A DNA stretch of 64,000 nucleotides from Malacoraja senta (Eukaryota): NCBI GenBank assembly GCA_038087875.1, contig CM075978.1, positions 140,492,001 through 140,556,000 of the forward strand, read 5' to 3'. Positions 13,276 to 25,497 of this stretch are shown here, piece after piece. Position numbers and translations under genes: made by a program. Each line of letters opens with the position of its first letter. Within the stretch, counting starts at the first letter, position 1. The notes beneath the pieces were generated by a model. That model ran no database searches. It saw only the letters and a program-made list of their open reading frames with translations, and was not told where the DNA came from.

Positions 13276-13736
13276 GCCAACTTGATCAGTATGGACAAAT
13301 TGGGCCAGCCATGTACATGTTGTATAACTCTGACTCTCTGCAGATCTGAATGAGCTTAGAATTACCATTTAACAGGGCTCTCGTTTAACTTTTTTTCCCT
13401 GTTGCCAGCCGGGCAACCTCGGCAGCTTTTTAGGTTGCCAAATGACAGTTTAGGTGGTCATTTAAGATGGCTTGCATGATGCATGCGATAATGTGCTCGG
13501 ACGAATTGCGTAGTTACCAGTCGGAATTATGGTCAATGAAGCTTTCACATATTATTTCTGCTTCAAATAAAGTCACAAACTAAACGTATTCACCAATCAA
13601 GACATATATACCACAATGACATGCATCAAAATTACAAAACAGTATCTCATCTCTTTTTACACGTTGCAATGAATGCAATTTCTATTATCTCTTTCCACTT
13701 CCAAACAAAAATATGGTTATTCAGCGTATGATCAAC

Positions 13737-14148
13737 CTCGGTGAGACCAAGCGCAGGCTTGGCGATCGCTTCGCACAACACCTCCACTCAGTTCGCAATA
13801 ACCAACCTGATCTCCCGGTGGCTCAGCACTTCAACTCCCCCTCCCATTCCAAATCCGACCTTTCTGTCCTGGGCCTCCTCCATGGCCTGAGTGAGGCCCA
13901 CCGCAAATTGGAGGAACAGCACCTCATATTTTGCTTGGGTAGTCTACTTTCTTTCCTTTTGTTTTCTCCCTCCTTCCCCTCCCATTCCCAGCTCTCCCAC
14001 AGCCTCTCCGCCTCTTCCTTTCTTTTTCCCGCCCCCACCCCTCCCGACATCAGTCTGAAGAAGGGTCTCGACCCGAAACGTCGCCTATTTCCTTCGGTCC
14101 ATAGATGCTGCCTCACCTGCTGAGTTTCTCCAGCATTTTTGTCTACCC
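13737..14148 (+). mobile_element. Penelope-like element 3' fragment (GIY-YIG C-terminus plus terminal repeat)
   Basis: GETKRRLGDRFAQH...PVAQHFNS...RKLEEQHLIF.LG, followed by a hammerhead-like core at 14055-14082. Confidence 0.9.
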
Positions 14149-14373
14149 ATTCACACATGTTCTGTTATCCCACTTTCCTCACCCACTCCCTGCACATTAG
14201 GGGCAATTTTACAGAGACAAGTTAACCTACAAAGCCAATGCGCCTTTGGGATATGGGAGGAAACCCACATGCTTGCAGGGAGAATGTGCAAATTCAACAC
14301 AGACAGTGCCCGAGGACAGGATCGAACACAGATCTCTGGCGTGTGAGGCAGCAAGTCCACCAGCTGTGCCACT
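14149..14373 (-). mobile_element. HE1/V-SINE
   Basis: Reverse complement of the tRNA head and V-domain seen at 1916. Confidence 0.8.
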
Positions 14374-14524
14374 ACATTTTATTTTCCAACACACAAAAAA
14401 TTATACGTTGATAACTTTGGTTACTAAAAAAAAAGAAATTATCCATTTTCAGTCTTAAATCTCTAAGTGATGCTATGTCCCCCTTTACAGCTACTGTATG
14501 TTTTAATTCAGTTCAAGGCTATTG

Positions 14525-14830
14525 GGGCAGTACATTGGCCATAGATTTGCTGCCTAAAATTGCCAGAGACCCGGAATTGATCCTGAATATGGGTGCTGTC
14601 TGTATGGAGTTTTGTTTTCTCGTTTATAACATTGTTTACAGAGTACTATGTTTACATATTCTGTTGTGCTGCTGCAAGTAAGGATTTCATTGTTCTAACT
14701 GGGACGTGAGAGAATAAAACACTCTTGAGTTACGTCGCTGATGTGTGGGATAGAACTAGAGTACGGGTGATCGGTGGTCGGCATGGACTCGGTGGGCCGA
14801 AGGGCCTGTTTCCACGCTGTATCTTTAAAT
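14525..14830 (+). mobile_element. HE1/V-SINE interrupted by a Rex1-type 3' tail
   Basis: SINE head at 14525-14612, Rex1-like tail (ttctgttgtgctgctgcaagtaag...aataaa) at 14620-14730, SINE tail at 14740-14830. Confidence 0.65.
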
Positions 14831-16304
14831 TAAACTAAAAACACTAAAACCAGAGGAAATGTAAAGAAGGGTTTCTACCCGAAACGTCACCCAATTTTTT
14901 CTATCCAGAGATGTTGGCTGCTGCATGGAGTTCCCCCGCACAATTAAAGCATGGAATAGTCTTCACCCTACCATAGTTACCAACCAGACGCAACTAAATT
15001 TAAGGTCGCTTTTTTCCCCCCCAAGAACCCATTTTTGCTTAAGTCCAAGTCAAGAGTCAAGAGAGTTTTATTGTCATGTGTCCCAGATAGGGCAATGAAA
15101 TTCATGCTTGCTGCAGCACAACAGAATATGTAAACATAATACAGAACAGGAGGTAAAAGTTCAGTGTCTATATACTATAGACCATATATATACACAATAA
15201 ATAAACAGATAAAATGCAATAGGCTGTTATTTTTCAGAGTTTGGAGTTTGGTGGTGGTGGGTCCACCAATTTAAATTCCATTTCGAATATTTTTGGAGGA
15301 CCAGGAAACCAAGAAGCAAGAGTTACTCCAGGGAGTTACTGCAGCTCCAGGAAGTGATTCTGCATTGTTTTTCAGCAGTCACGGTGAGGCAGCGATCGGA
15401 CAGCAATGGCGGCCAGAACTCACACAATGCAAAGGGAGGGAGAAAGTGGCCGACGCCGACCACTTGCCGTGGCAGTGCGCATGTGCAGGGCTGCACTTGC
15501 CCACAACCACGGCCGATGATGTGCTCGGCGGCCGGCCGTGCCGAGCGGAGACCCGAGACCCGAGAGCAGAGCCGAGAGCTAGCGCCGAACGGAGAGCCGA
15601 GAGCTAGCACCGTGCGGAAAGCCGAGCGGAGAGCTAGCGGCGAGAGCGAGAGACGAGAGCTAGCGCCGAGCGCCGAGCCGAGACCCGGACAGCGGGCGGG
15701 TGTCCCGGTTGCTTGCCAAGGCGGGCAAAATGGCATGGCTTTAAGGTTGCTCGGCGGGACTGCAAGTTGCCATTGGCACCCGGGCAACCACTAATTTCGA
15801 GCCCTGTTTAAGCAAAATTGCCCCCACTTTCCCCATTTTGATTCTTGAGATTAATATCCCTTTGCTCTGTTAACAGTGTTAAAGTACATATGAGGTAGAG
15901 TCAGGAAAGGGAACATGTTATTTTTTTTAAAGTTTGCTTTAATTTGTTAGTTGAATGTTAGTTGACTGCCAACATTTCTGAAATAGTCTTAAATTAACAA
16001 CTGTTATATAGCAGTAATAAGTGATTTTAGTCCAAACAATTGGAACTTGCATAAAATGTTTGCATTATTAGCAGGGCTGCCAACTCTCACGCATTGAACG
16101 TGAGACTCACGCATTTCACAAAATTCACATGCTCTCACGCTGATCACAAATTTCTCACGCTCAAAAATATGCAGGTGCTGGAAGTTCAAAATAAAGCAAA
16201 AATTGTTTTAGAGGTGAGTAAAAACCATGAGTGGAATATAAGGTGAATGCATAGTCTTTTCCCCGGGATATGTGATTCAAGAACTAGAGGGCATTGGTTT
16301 AAAG

Positions 16305-16792
16305 CAGGGCTGTCAAACTACCGTCCCGCGGGATGATTTTGGGGGGAAAAAAAGTAGTTTAGTTTCTCCCGTGCAGATGGTGTGATAGGTGAGACACGGC
16401 GGTGGTCCCAGCACCGACCCCCCTCCCCCCCGAGGCACCGCTCACATCTCCCACCCTCACCTCCGGCGGCTCTGTGTCCGTCAGCCGCTCTGTCCACACC
16501 CCATGGAGTTTTAACCCCGGCCCGGAGCCAGGAGCGGACCAGGTGAGTGGGGGCGTCGGTGCCGCCTCCGGAGCCACGGGGATGAATCTCGGGCTAAGGC
16601 TCTGCTCCAATGCCCGACCCCCAGGTCACTGACCCTCACTTCCCCCGGACCCCAGCTGGACACAGAGCACCTGGGCCGGCCCGCATTCCCAGGGGGGGGG
16701 GAAGCGGGAAACGCTCCCCGGCCATCGCCAATCCTCCGCTCACTCCGGATGTTGTCGCCGCTTCACTGACACACACTATCACACACACACAC
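16305..16792. mobile_element. hAT-Charlie-like left end with CpG-rich cargo, splitting a CR1 3' fragment
   Basis: Starts cagggctgtcaaactaccgtcccgcggg. GC-rich from 16370 to 16770. CR1 sequence on both sides (16215-16304, 16795-16900). gtttaaag occurs on both flanks. Right TIR absent. Confidence 0.55.
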
Positions 16793-17959
16793 AAGGTTTA
16801 AAGGGATATGGGCCAAATGCAGATAAATGGGACTAGTTTAGATGGGGCATCATGATCTGCATGGACAAGTTGGGATGAAGGGGCTGTTTCCATGCTGTAA
16901 TGACACATTGTAGAAAGGGTGCAATTGCTCTGGAGAGGATCCAGGGACGATTTATGAAGATGTTATAATCTGATTTCCATACATGGTCCCTGTGTCATTC
17001 CTGTGCTGCACCTGTTGATCAGAGCCTGGCTCTACTGTGGAATGTAATTAGGAATGTAATTTAGCCTAACCTTATTCATACATAATCCAATTTAAAGCAT
17101 AAATGTTGCATTCAAGGGAAAGTTAAGACTCGCTACAGTATGCACCAGATTGCACAATTTCAAGCTGAAAAATGCAAAGCTCCCCCCTCCCACACCCTCC
17201 CCCTCTCGGTCACTACACTCCCTCGCAATTTCTCACTCTCAACCAAAATGTTGGCAGCCCTGAATTAATATCAGGGATGGTCAAAAGCCCAGATTTAGAG
17301 AAAGACAGTTATTTAAGGGGGGTGTCAGGTTGGTCACATTCCAGAGATGGAGAGTGGCCTAATCAGAAATATCCTTCCCAAGTGCTGCTGTAATGCTCTC
17401 CCCAATTAGCCGTGGAACACCCTCTCCCATTTTGTTCTCTTATCTGTCATAAATGAAACTCCTATACCCTTGAGCAGCCAGTCTTGCCCTTCCCAGAACC
17501 ACCTTCCATGATTGCAATAATAGCATAATCCCATCTGCTGATCCGCACTTTCAGCTCACCCATTTTACATGAGGTGCCTCACATTAAAATGAATGCAATT
17601 AACTATGAACTGTAGAGATTCAAAGGCCTCTTTCTGTGCTATAACAATCGTATTAACACAAGTAATCAATTTCAAATCGAATAAGGATTCTCAAATCATG
17701 TTATGCTCTCGAGGCACAAAGTGTTGGAGTAACTCAGTGGGCCAGGCACCATCTCTTTTTACGGGTCCCAACCCAAAAGGTCACCTATCCACGTTCTCCT
17801 GAGATGCTGCCTGACTCACTGAGCTACTCCAGCAATTGAGTCTTTTTTTGTAAACCAGCATTTGCAGTTCCTTGTTCTAGGGATACTGAACCAACTGTGG
17901 GCAGATTATTTAGTACAGTACTTCAGGACAGCTGGTACATGGGATGTCATTTAGCTTGG

Positions 17960-18212
17960 ACACTAGAATGACAATTCAGATGGATGCAGAAGATTATTTG
18001 CATTGTTTGAAAGAAAGTTGGATGCCCTCACTAACCTCATACTCTCAACAACTATAAATTGTTCACTCCTTTTGTTTGCTGTTTGTGGAGCCATGCTGTG
18101 CTCATGTGGGAAACATTTGCTAAACAACCATGAGAGTAACCCACAAGTAACACATTGGCTGCAATTCACTTTTAGAAATTCAGAGCTATATAAATATAGA
18201 CTGCTTCTTTCT
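17960..18212 (+). mobile_element. Ancient Deu-domain SINE (SacSINE1/AmnSINE-like)
   Basis: ttgctgtttgtggagccatgctgtgc...cattggctgc...gctatataaat...cttctttc matches the recalled Deu domain and tail. Similar relics at about 10475-10590 (-) and 41650-41830 (+). Confidence 0.6.
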
Positions 18213-18669
18213 CATTCGTGTCTCTCACAGCAGAGAGAATACCACTGAAAACAAGTCATGGAGTTAGGATGTAAATCAAGAGACTGGGGAGATTAAGAAA
18301 TGAGGATCACAGACTAAAAAAAAACATTTTACAAAATGGATGGAGAAAAGAGATTTTTTTTAAACTGAACTGCATTATCAATTACTCAGTACTCACTCAG
18401 AATTCATCCAGCAGTTCATTTTAAGACCCTAGACAACACAAATGCATACACCTCTGGCTGCTCTGGTTTCCTCCCTCATCCCAAAGACATGTGTATTTGT
18501 AGGTTAATTGGCCTCTGTAAATTGTCCCTAGCGTGTAGGGAGTGGATGCGAAAGTGGGAAAACATGGAACTAGTGTGAACAGGTGATTGATGGTAGGCAT
18601 GCACGTTTGTTTCCATGCTGTATCTCTAGAACCAAAATCTAAAACAATCATTTAGCTTACTGTAAAATA

Positions 18670-19650
18670 GAGACATGGAAAGTACATAGTTAAATAGCAT
18701 GGAAACAAGCCCTTCAGCCCAATTTGTCCAAGCTGAACAAGGTGTCTTTCTGAGTTAGCCACACTTGGTTGCATTCGACACATATTCCTCTATACCTTTG
18801 ACATCCATGTCCCTGTCCAAATATGTAGGAAAGAACTGCAGATGATGGTATTAATCGAAGGTAGACACAAAATGCTGGAGTAACTCAGCGGGACAGGCAG
18901 CTTCTCTGGAGGACATAAAATGCTGGAGTAACTCAACGGGACAGGCAGCATGACCGTCTGAAAAAGGGTCTCGACCCAAAACGACACCCATTTCTTCTCT
19001 CCAGAGATGCTGCCTGTCCCACTGAGTTACTCCAGCATTTTGTGTCTATCTTCCTATCCAAATGTTTTCTAAACATTGTAATTGCTCTTTCCTTCTAAAG
19101 CTTCCAATGGCAGCTCGTTCCATATACCCGTCACCCTGTGTGAGAAACAAATTGCCCCTCAGGTCCCCATTATATCTTTTCCCTATCATCCTAAACCTAC
19201 ATTCTCCAGTGTTAGACTTTCCTATCCTTGGACAAAGATGGTGTCCATCGACCTTATTTATCCCTTTCATGATTTATACGGCACCACAATGTCATCTCTA
19301 CCTCAGTTCCAGGGAAAACAATTCCAGGCTATCCAGTCGCTCCAACTAACTCAAGCGTTTCACTCCCAGCAACTTCCCTTTTCTGCACCCTCTCTGGCTT
19401 CCTTCATACAATGGTGACCAGAACACATAATGCTTCAAGTGTGGTCTCACCAACAGATTACATAGGTGTAACATGATGCCCCAACTCCCCTACGCAATGC
19501 CACGACCAATTAGCCCAAAACGTACCTTACACCTTCACCGCCCATCTGTGTTGCAACTTTCAATGTACTTGTACCCCATGGTCTCGCTATTCTACAACAT
19601 TCCTCTGGACCCTATCATTCACTCCTCCTATCCTACCTAGGTATAACCAA
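18670..19650 (-). mobile_element. CR1 3' fragment interrupted by a fold-back Penelope fragment (about 18825-19052)
   Basis: MKGINKVD and RGNLF motifs. The insert is flanked by cctgtccaaatat / cctatccaaatgt. Confidence 0.75.
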
Positions 19651-20147
19651 GCAAAATATTTTCACTATATTCAAATATTTCAGATTTGTGATGTATGCCT
19701 TATTTTATATGTCTGCACATGAATGGCAACATTTAACAAATAAGAATGTGACAATGAAATGTATCTGCCACTGGCACAGATCAGAAGTTGTGCGCTGTGT
19801 TAAGTAGCTCACCTCCTGGCCCCTCAAAGCCTTTCCACGATCCACAAGGCACATGTCACAAGTGTATGAAATGCTGGCCAATTACTTGAATGAATGCATT
19901 CTCTCTCTCCACTTAGGGGTAGTTACTTTCTCCACGTAGGGTTAGTGTAAGTGTGTGTAGCCTCTACAAGAAACAAAGTACAACCTGCCAAGATTTCTTT
20001 CTGCACTTTCCAAATCTGTGACCTCTGCCACCTAAAAGTACAAGGGCAGCTATTCAATGGAATAGTTCAAGTCACACACATAATCACTTGAAGCTATAAC
20101 CCAATTCTTTTTTCACTGCCAGATCAAAAATTTCCACTCAACATTAT

Positions 20148-21110
20148 TAGAGTCAAGAGTGTTTTATTGTCATATTTCCCAAATAGAACAATGAAATTCT
20201 TACTTGCAGCAGCACAACAGAATATGTAAACATAGTACACTGTAAACAATATAATAAATGAGAAAAAAAAGTTCAGTGTGTGTGTATACACACACATACG
20301 TACACATAAAAAACAAACAATAAGTCTATGTAGGTCAGAGCTTTTTTGAGATTGCAGTGCTTAATAGCCTAATGGCTGTTGGGAAAAAGCTGTTCCTGAA
20401 CCTGGACCTTACAGTTTTCAGGCTCCAGTACCTTCTTCCCAATGGCAGGGGTGAAATGAGTGTGTGGCCAGGATGGTGTGGGTCTCTGATGGTGCAGGCT
20501 GCCTTTTTGAGGCAGCGACTCCAGTAAGTCCCTTCGATGGTGGGGAGGGCAGAACCGTGATGGACTGGGCAGTGTTCACAACTTTTTGCAGTCTTCTTCA
20601 TTCCTGGGCATTCAAGTTGCTTAACCATGCCGTGATGCAACCAGTCATTATGCTCTCTACTGTACACCTGTAGAGGTCCAAGAGAATCATTTCTGACATA
20701 CTGAATCTCCAAAATTTTCACAGGAAGTAGAGGCGTTGATGTGCTTATTTTATAATTGCGTCAGTGTGCTGGGTCCAGGAAAGATCTTTATAAATATGTA
20801 CGCACAGGAATTTGAAGCTTTGGCTCTCTCCCCCATCGTTCCGTTGATATAGACAGGTTTATGGGTCCTCATCCTTCCTCTTCCAAAGTCCACAATCAGT
20901 TCCTTGGTCTTATAGATATGGTCAGTCGATCCATTTGGTCAGTCGATCGATCTCACGTCTATACTCTGTCTCATCACCATCTGTAATTTGTTCAATAACG
21001 GTGGTCATTGGCAAACTTGAGGATGGAGTTCGCACTGTGTCTGGCAACACAGTTACGAGTATAGAGTGAGTGGAGCAGAGGGCTGAGCACACAGCCTCGA
21101 GGTGCTCCCC
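20148..21110 (-). mobile_element. Rex1/Babar-clade LINE, 5'-truncated
   Basis: GAP.GCVLSPLL.SLYT, ILKFA.D, DPHHPGH and RFRNSFFP.AIRLL motifs. 3' tail gacaataaaacactcttgactc. Confidence 0.85.
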
Positions 21111-22703
21111 AATGTATTAATTTCACTACGTTGACAATACCAGCTGTCTGAAGAAGGGTCAGGACCCAAAACGTCACTTATCCATATTCGCCAGAGATGC
21201 TGCCTGACCCACTGAGTTACTCCAGCACTTTGTGTCCTTTTTCGTAAACCAGCATCTGCAGTTCCTCGTTTCTACAATTCCAGCTTAATTCAGATCTCCA
21301 TCATTTTAAGAGAAATTAAGGAAGGACAAAATGCATAAGTTTAGGATTAGTTTCAGAGACTTTAATGTGGTATAATCAATAGAGGTTGGTTTTATCATAA
21401 TGTGTGCTGGTCAACACCATCACTTATGAAGTCAAACAGGAAAATAAAATCCTATTCATTTTCTCCAGAGACGCTTCAGTACTTTGTGTCTATCTTTGAC
21501 ATAAACCAGCATCTGCAGTTCCTTTTTATTACACGGAAATAAAATGCTGGCTATAATCATGACATTTTTTTTCTTCCTCAGTTACCTAAGTAATAGCCAA
21601 TGAATATTCCTCGAAGGTGTCCAGAACAAATCCGTCAAATGTCTCTGTTACTGCAAAAACATTTCAGAGATACCTTAAAGTGGACAAGAAATAGAAGCTG
21701 AAGCAGGCTGTTCAGCTCTCTTACTTTGCTACTTAATAAGATCGTGGCTGATCATTTATCTCAACACCATTTTTCTCCAATAACTGTATGTTACGTACTA
21801 TCCAAAAGTATATTGAGCTCTACCTTCAATATTGTTGACTAAGACTCCTCAGCCCTGTTCAGAAGGAAAATCCAAAAATTCGCTCCTACTAGATTGAAGA
21901 AATCTCTTCCCATTTCAGTCCCGATGAATGATTCCTTTTGAGAGTCTCACTCCAACCAGGAAACCATCAACTGCTCTTTCAAGTTTCTCTTCTCTCATTA
22001 TTCTCTTCTCTCATTATTCTATCGACCCAGTTTGCTCAACCTTGCCTCCTTGTTCCACCCGAAATACCCACCCTAGGATTCAATCTGGTAAGCCTTCATT
22101 GTATTCACTTCATCGCAGGCAGCAACTACACAGAGAACAGATGAGTCAACATCTTTGGATGAGAATCCAGTGGAGAGTTGGTTGAATTCCATTAGGCTTC
22201 AAAGCTCATGATTACTGTTGCAAACACATTTATTGAAAAGAGAACAATGACACAAATAGCACCGACTTCCTTTCCCAATTTCAGATCAAAATCACCTTGT
22301 CAAAACTTCCACAATCTTTCCAATGCCTTCTTCCTGCCCTCTTCTCAAGTTCAGGTATAAATTATGCACATTGTCAACCCTTTTAACCCCAAAGGTTTAC
22401 ATAGTTCAGAGACAGGCAAGACTCAATGTAAATCTATGGAAATAAATTATGTGGTCAATATTTTGCCTTCCTTTCGAGATCATAGATCTCATAGATGAGG
22501 AGGAATTTCTTTAGTCAGAGGGTGGTGAATCTGGTGAATTCTTTGCCACAGAAGGCCATGGAGGCCTTCTATTGATATTTTTAAGGCATAGATAGATAGA
22601 TTCTTGATTAGTACGGGTGTCATGGGTTATGGGGAGAAGGCAGGAGAATGGGTTTAGGAGGGAGAGATAGATCAGCCATCATTGAATGGCAGAGTGGCTT
22701 GAT

Positions 22704-24141
22704 AGAAACATAGAAAATAGGTGCAGGAGTAGGCCATTCGGCCCTTCGAGCCTGCACCGCCATTCAAAATGATCATAGCAGATCATCCAACTCAGTATCC
22801 TGTACCTGCCTTCTCTCCATACCCCCTGATCCCTTTAGCCACAAGGGCCACATCTAACTCCCTCTTAAATATAGCCAATGAACTGGCCTCAACTACCTTC
22901 TGTGGCAGGGAATTCCACAGATTCACCACTCTCTGTGTGAAAAATGATTTTCTCATCTCGGTCCTAAAAGACTTCCCCCTTATCCTTAAACTGTGACCCC
23001 TTGTTCTGGACTTCCCCAACATCGGGAACAATCTTCCTGCATCTAGCCTGTCCAACCCCTTAAGAATCTTGTAAGTTTCTATAAGATCCCCCCTCAATCT
23101 TCTAAATTCTAGGGAGTACAAGCCGAGTCTATCCAGTCTTTCTTCATATGAAAGTCCTGCCATCCCAGGAATCAGTCTGGTGAACCTTCTCTGTACTCCC
23201 TCTATGGCAAGAATGTCTTTCCTCAGATTTGGTGACCAAAACTGTACGCAATACTCCAGGTGTGGCCTCACCAAGACCCTGTACAACTGCAGTAGAACCT
23301 CCCTGCTCTTATACTCAAATCCTTTTGCTATGAATACTAACATACCATTCGCTTTCTTCACTGCCTGCTGCACCTGCATGCCTACTTTCAATGACTGGTG
23401 TACCATGACACCCAGATCTCGTTGCATCTCCCCTTTTCCTAATCGGCCACCATTCAGATAATAGTCTACTTTCCTGTTTTTGCCACCAAAGTGGATAACC
23501 TCACATTTATCCACAGTATACTGCATCTGCCATGCATTTGCCCACTCACCCAACCTATCCAAGTCACCTTGCAGCCTCCTAGCATCCTCCTCACAGCTAA
23601 CGCTGCCCCCCAGCTTCGTGTCATCTGCAAACTTGGAGATGTTGCATTCAATTCCCTCATCCATTTCATTAATATATATTGTAAATAGCTGGGGTCCTAG
23701 CACTGAGCCTTGCGGTATCCCACTAGTCACTGCCTGCCATTCTGAAAAGGACCCGTTTACTCCTACTCTTTGCTTCCTGTCTGCCAGCCAGTTCTCTATC
23801 CACATCAATACTGAACCCCCAATACCGTGTGTTTTAAGTTTGTATACTAATCTCTTATGTGGGACCTTGTCGAAAGCCTTCTGAAAGTCCAGATATAACA
23901 CATCCACTGGTTCTCCCTTATCCACTCTACTAGTTACATCCTCGAAAAATTCTATAAGATTTGTCAGACATGATTTACCTTTCATAAATCCATGCTGACT
24001 TTGTCCAATGATTTCACCACTTTCCAAATGTGCTGCTATCCCATCTTTAATAACTGACTCTAGCATTTTCCCCACTACCGATGTTAGACTAACTGGTCTG
24101 TAATTCCCCATTTTCTCTCTCCCTCCCTTTTTAAAAAGTGG
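22704..24141 (-). mobile_element. Young 5'-truncated CR1 LINE inserted into the 3' UTR of an opposite-strand CR1
   Basis: The host CR1 gagtggcttgat|gggccgaatagactaattctgc is split at 22703/24140. (tttctatg)-type tail. Confidence 0.92.
22792..24111 (-). CDS. CR1 ORF2 reverse transcriptase, uninterrupted C-terminal 439 aa (5'-truncated, no native start)
   Basis: NYRPVSLTS, QHGF, LDFQKAFD, GIPQGSVLGP, FADD, RDLGV and HLEYC motifs in one open frame. Confidence 0.9.
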   Translation of the reverse strand: MGNYRPVSLTSVVGKMLESVIKDGIAAHLESGEIIGQSQHGFMKGKSCLTNLIEFFEDVTSRVDKGEPVDVLYLDFQKAFDKVPHKRLVYKLKTHGIGGSVLMWIENWLADRKQRVGVNGSFSEWQAVTSGIPQGSVLGPQLFTIYINEMDEGIECNISKFADDTKLGGSVSCEEDARRLQGDLDRLGEWANAWQMQYTVDKCEVIHFGGKNRKVDYYLNGGRLGKGEMQRDLGVMVHQSLKVGMQVQQAVKKANGMLVFIAKGFEYKSREVLLQLYRVLVRPHLEYCVQFWSPNLRKDILAIEGVQRRFTRLIPGMAGLSYEERLDRLGLYSLEFRRLRGDLIETYKILKGLDRLDAGRLFPMLGKSRTRGHSLRIRGKSFRTEMRKSFFTQRVVNLWNSLPQKVVEASSLAIFKRELDVALVAKGIRGYGEKAGTGY

Positions 24142-24977
24142 GCCGAATAGACTAATTCTGCTCCTATCACTTATGACCTTACGATCCCGGTTCCATTTCT
24201 AGTGCATGGAGCTCTGGCCCAATCACTCTATATTGAAAACAATATTACCTCATTTTATTATGATCACTGTGGATAATTTTTGCTCCTTTACTAATGGATC
24301 CAGATTTCTTTTATAATGAATACTGTGCAGTACTTCTTCCAATCAAAACACAACCCAATTAATCACCTAAAATCCTTTCACCAAAACTATTTAAAATTAC
24401 TCAGAGGTGGATTAAACAAACAACTTTCAATAAAAAACTAAATATTATTATTTATTCTTATTTGTTTTTCTGAAATTATGGCATGTTACAATTTAGAGTT
24501 TGAACAAAACTTAGAATTGGTATTATATTTTTAAAACAGAAAATGCAAGCAAACTACCATTTTGAACCATAATTGAGCATTCAATTTAATGTGAAGGTTA
24601 TCGTGACTTTAGTTTAATTTTAAAAGGCAGTTTCATTACTATTGCGCTAACACTAGCTTTAAGTGCAGCAAGGACAAAAATAACATTCAACATGTGTTAA
24701 AACAGCTGAACTGTGGTGTGAACATGAATACATTGGCCAAAATATAGAGTGTAGTACTAAGCTGCATAAAGAAAGCCCAGTTATATATACAGGATATGGG
24801 TGTGGGCCCAAGTTGTCCATCAATCAATGGATCATACGTGATTTGAACCTTTGCTTCATTTACCCAATTTCATCACTGTGGTTTACTAAATTATCCATTC
24901 CCATGTTGCAGATGTGCAAGTATTCTCAAATTATCAAATTAGGGAGGGAGGATGAGGACAGGGCAGCAAACATTTTC

Positions 24978-25497
24978 AGCTCCCGCAACCACCCATCACT
25001 CCCGGCTAGCAACGGGCCAGGACACTCCTGCGAGCAGGCCCGACTCGCCCGCTGTGGTTGGACCACTCGCCCCAAGGCCTGCGGAGAGGCCGATGCGGAG
25101 CAAACGGTCATGGCGAGGTGGTTGGGTCGGAGCCCTGAGATCGGGTCCAGCCAAGGAAGAGGTCGGGTCAGGCCGATGACGAGTCAGGGCCCCCTAGATC
25201 GAGTTAGAGCCCCCCCTGGATGAGATCGGGCCAGAGCCTCGAGGTCAGGCCAAGGACAGAGTCTTGAGGTTGGGCCAAAGTAGATGGGTCTCGTCGCTGA
25301 GAACAAAGGGCGGCCCGGAGTGGGAAGGCTGCCAAGAGCTAAGGGGGACCCGGTGGGGTGACGAAGAAGGAATAAGTACTTTTTGTAACTTTGTCGGCGC
25401 CTTTGTAGCAACTCTTTTGTGTACTTTTTATACAAAAACAAATAAGTTTACCGCATTTAGATAGGTACAAGTAACAATAAAGTATAATCATCATTAT
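24978..25497 (+). mobile_element. GC-rich non-autonomous retroelement with LINE-type tail
   Basis: GC-rich body, then tttgtaactttgtcggcgcc...acaataaagtataat(cat)n. A related minus-strand fragment lies at about 39580-39830. Confidence 0.5.

Larger units (their letters stand above)
13373..15806. mobile_element. Nested non-autonomous TIR element with 5-bp TSD (hAT5-like)
   Basis: Termini CAGGGCTC...GAGCCCTG. TTTAA on both flanks (13368-13372, 15807-15811). GGCAAC/GTTGCC subterminal motifs at both ends. Internal GC-rich gccgag/gagctagc repeats at 15540-15690. Confidence 0.7.
12792..17262. mobile_element. Composite non-autonomous hAT element (4471 bp)
   Basis: TIR CAGGGCTGCCAAC at 12792 and GTTGGCAGCCCTG ending at 17262. 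Perfect 8-bp TSD AATTAATA (12784-12791, 17263-17270). CTCACGC subterminal repeats. A second internal left end starts at 16072. Confidence 0.8.

Noticed and set aside
22119-22211. VESWLNSIRL resembling the start of a SAM domain
   Set aside because: The frame stops straight afterwards and there is no donor; likely coincidence.
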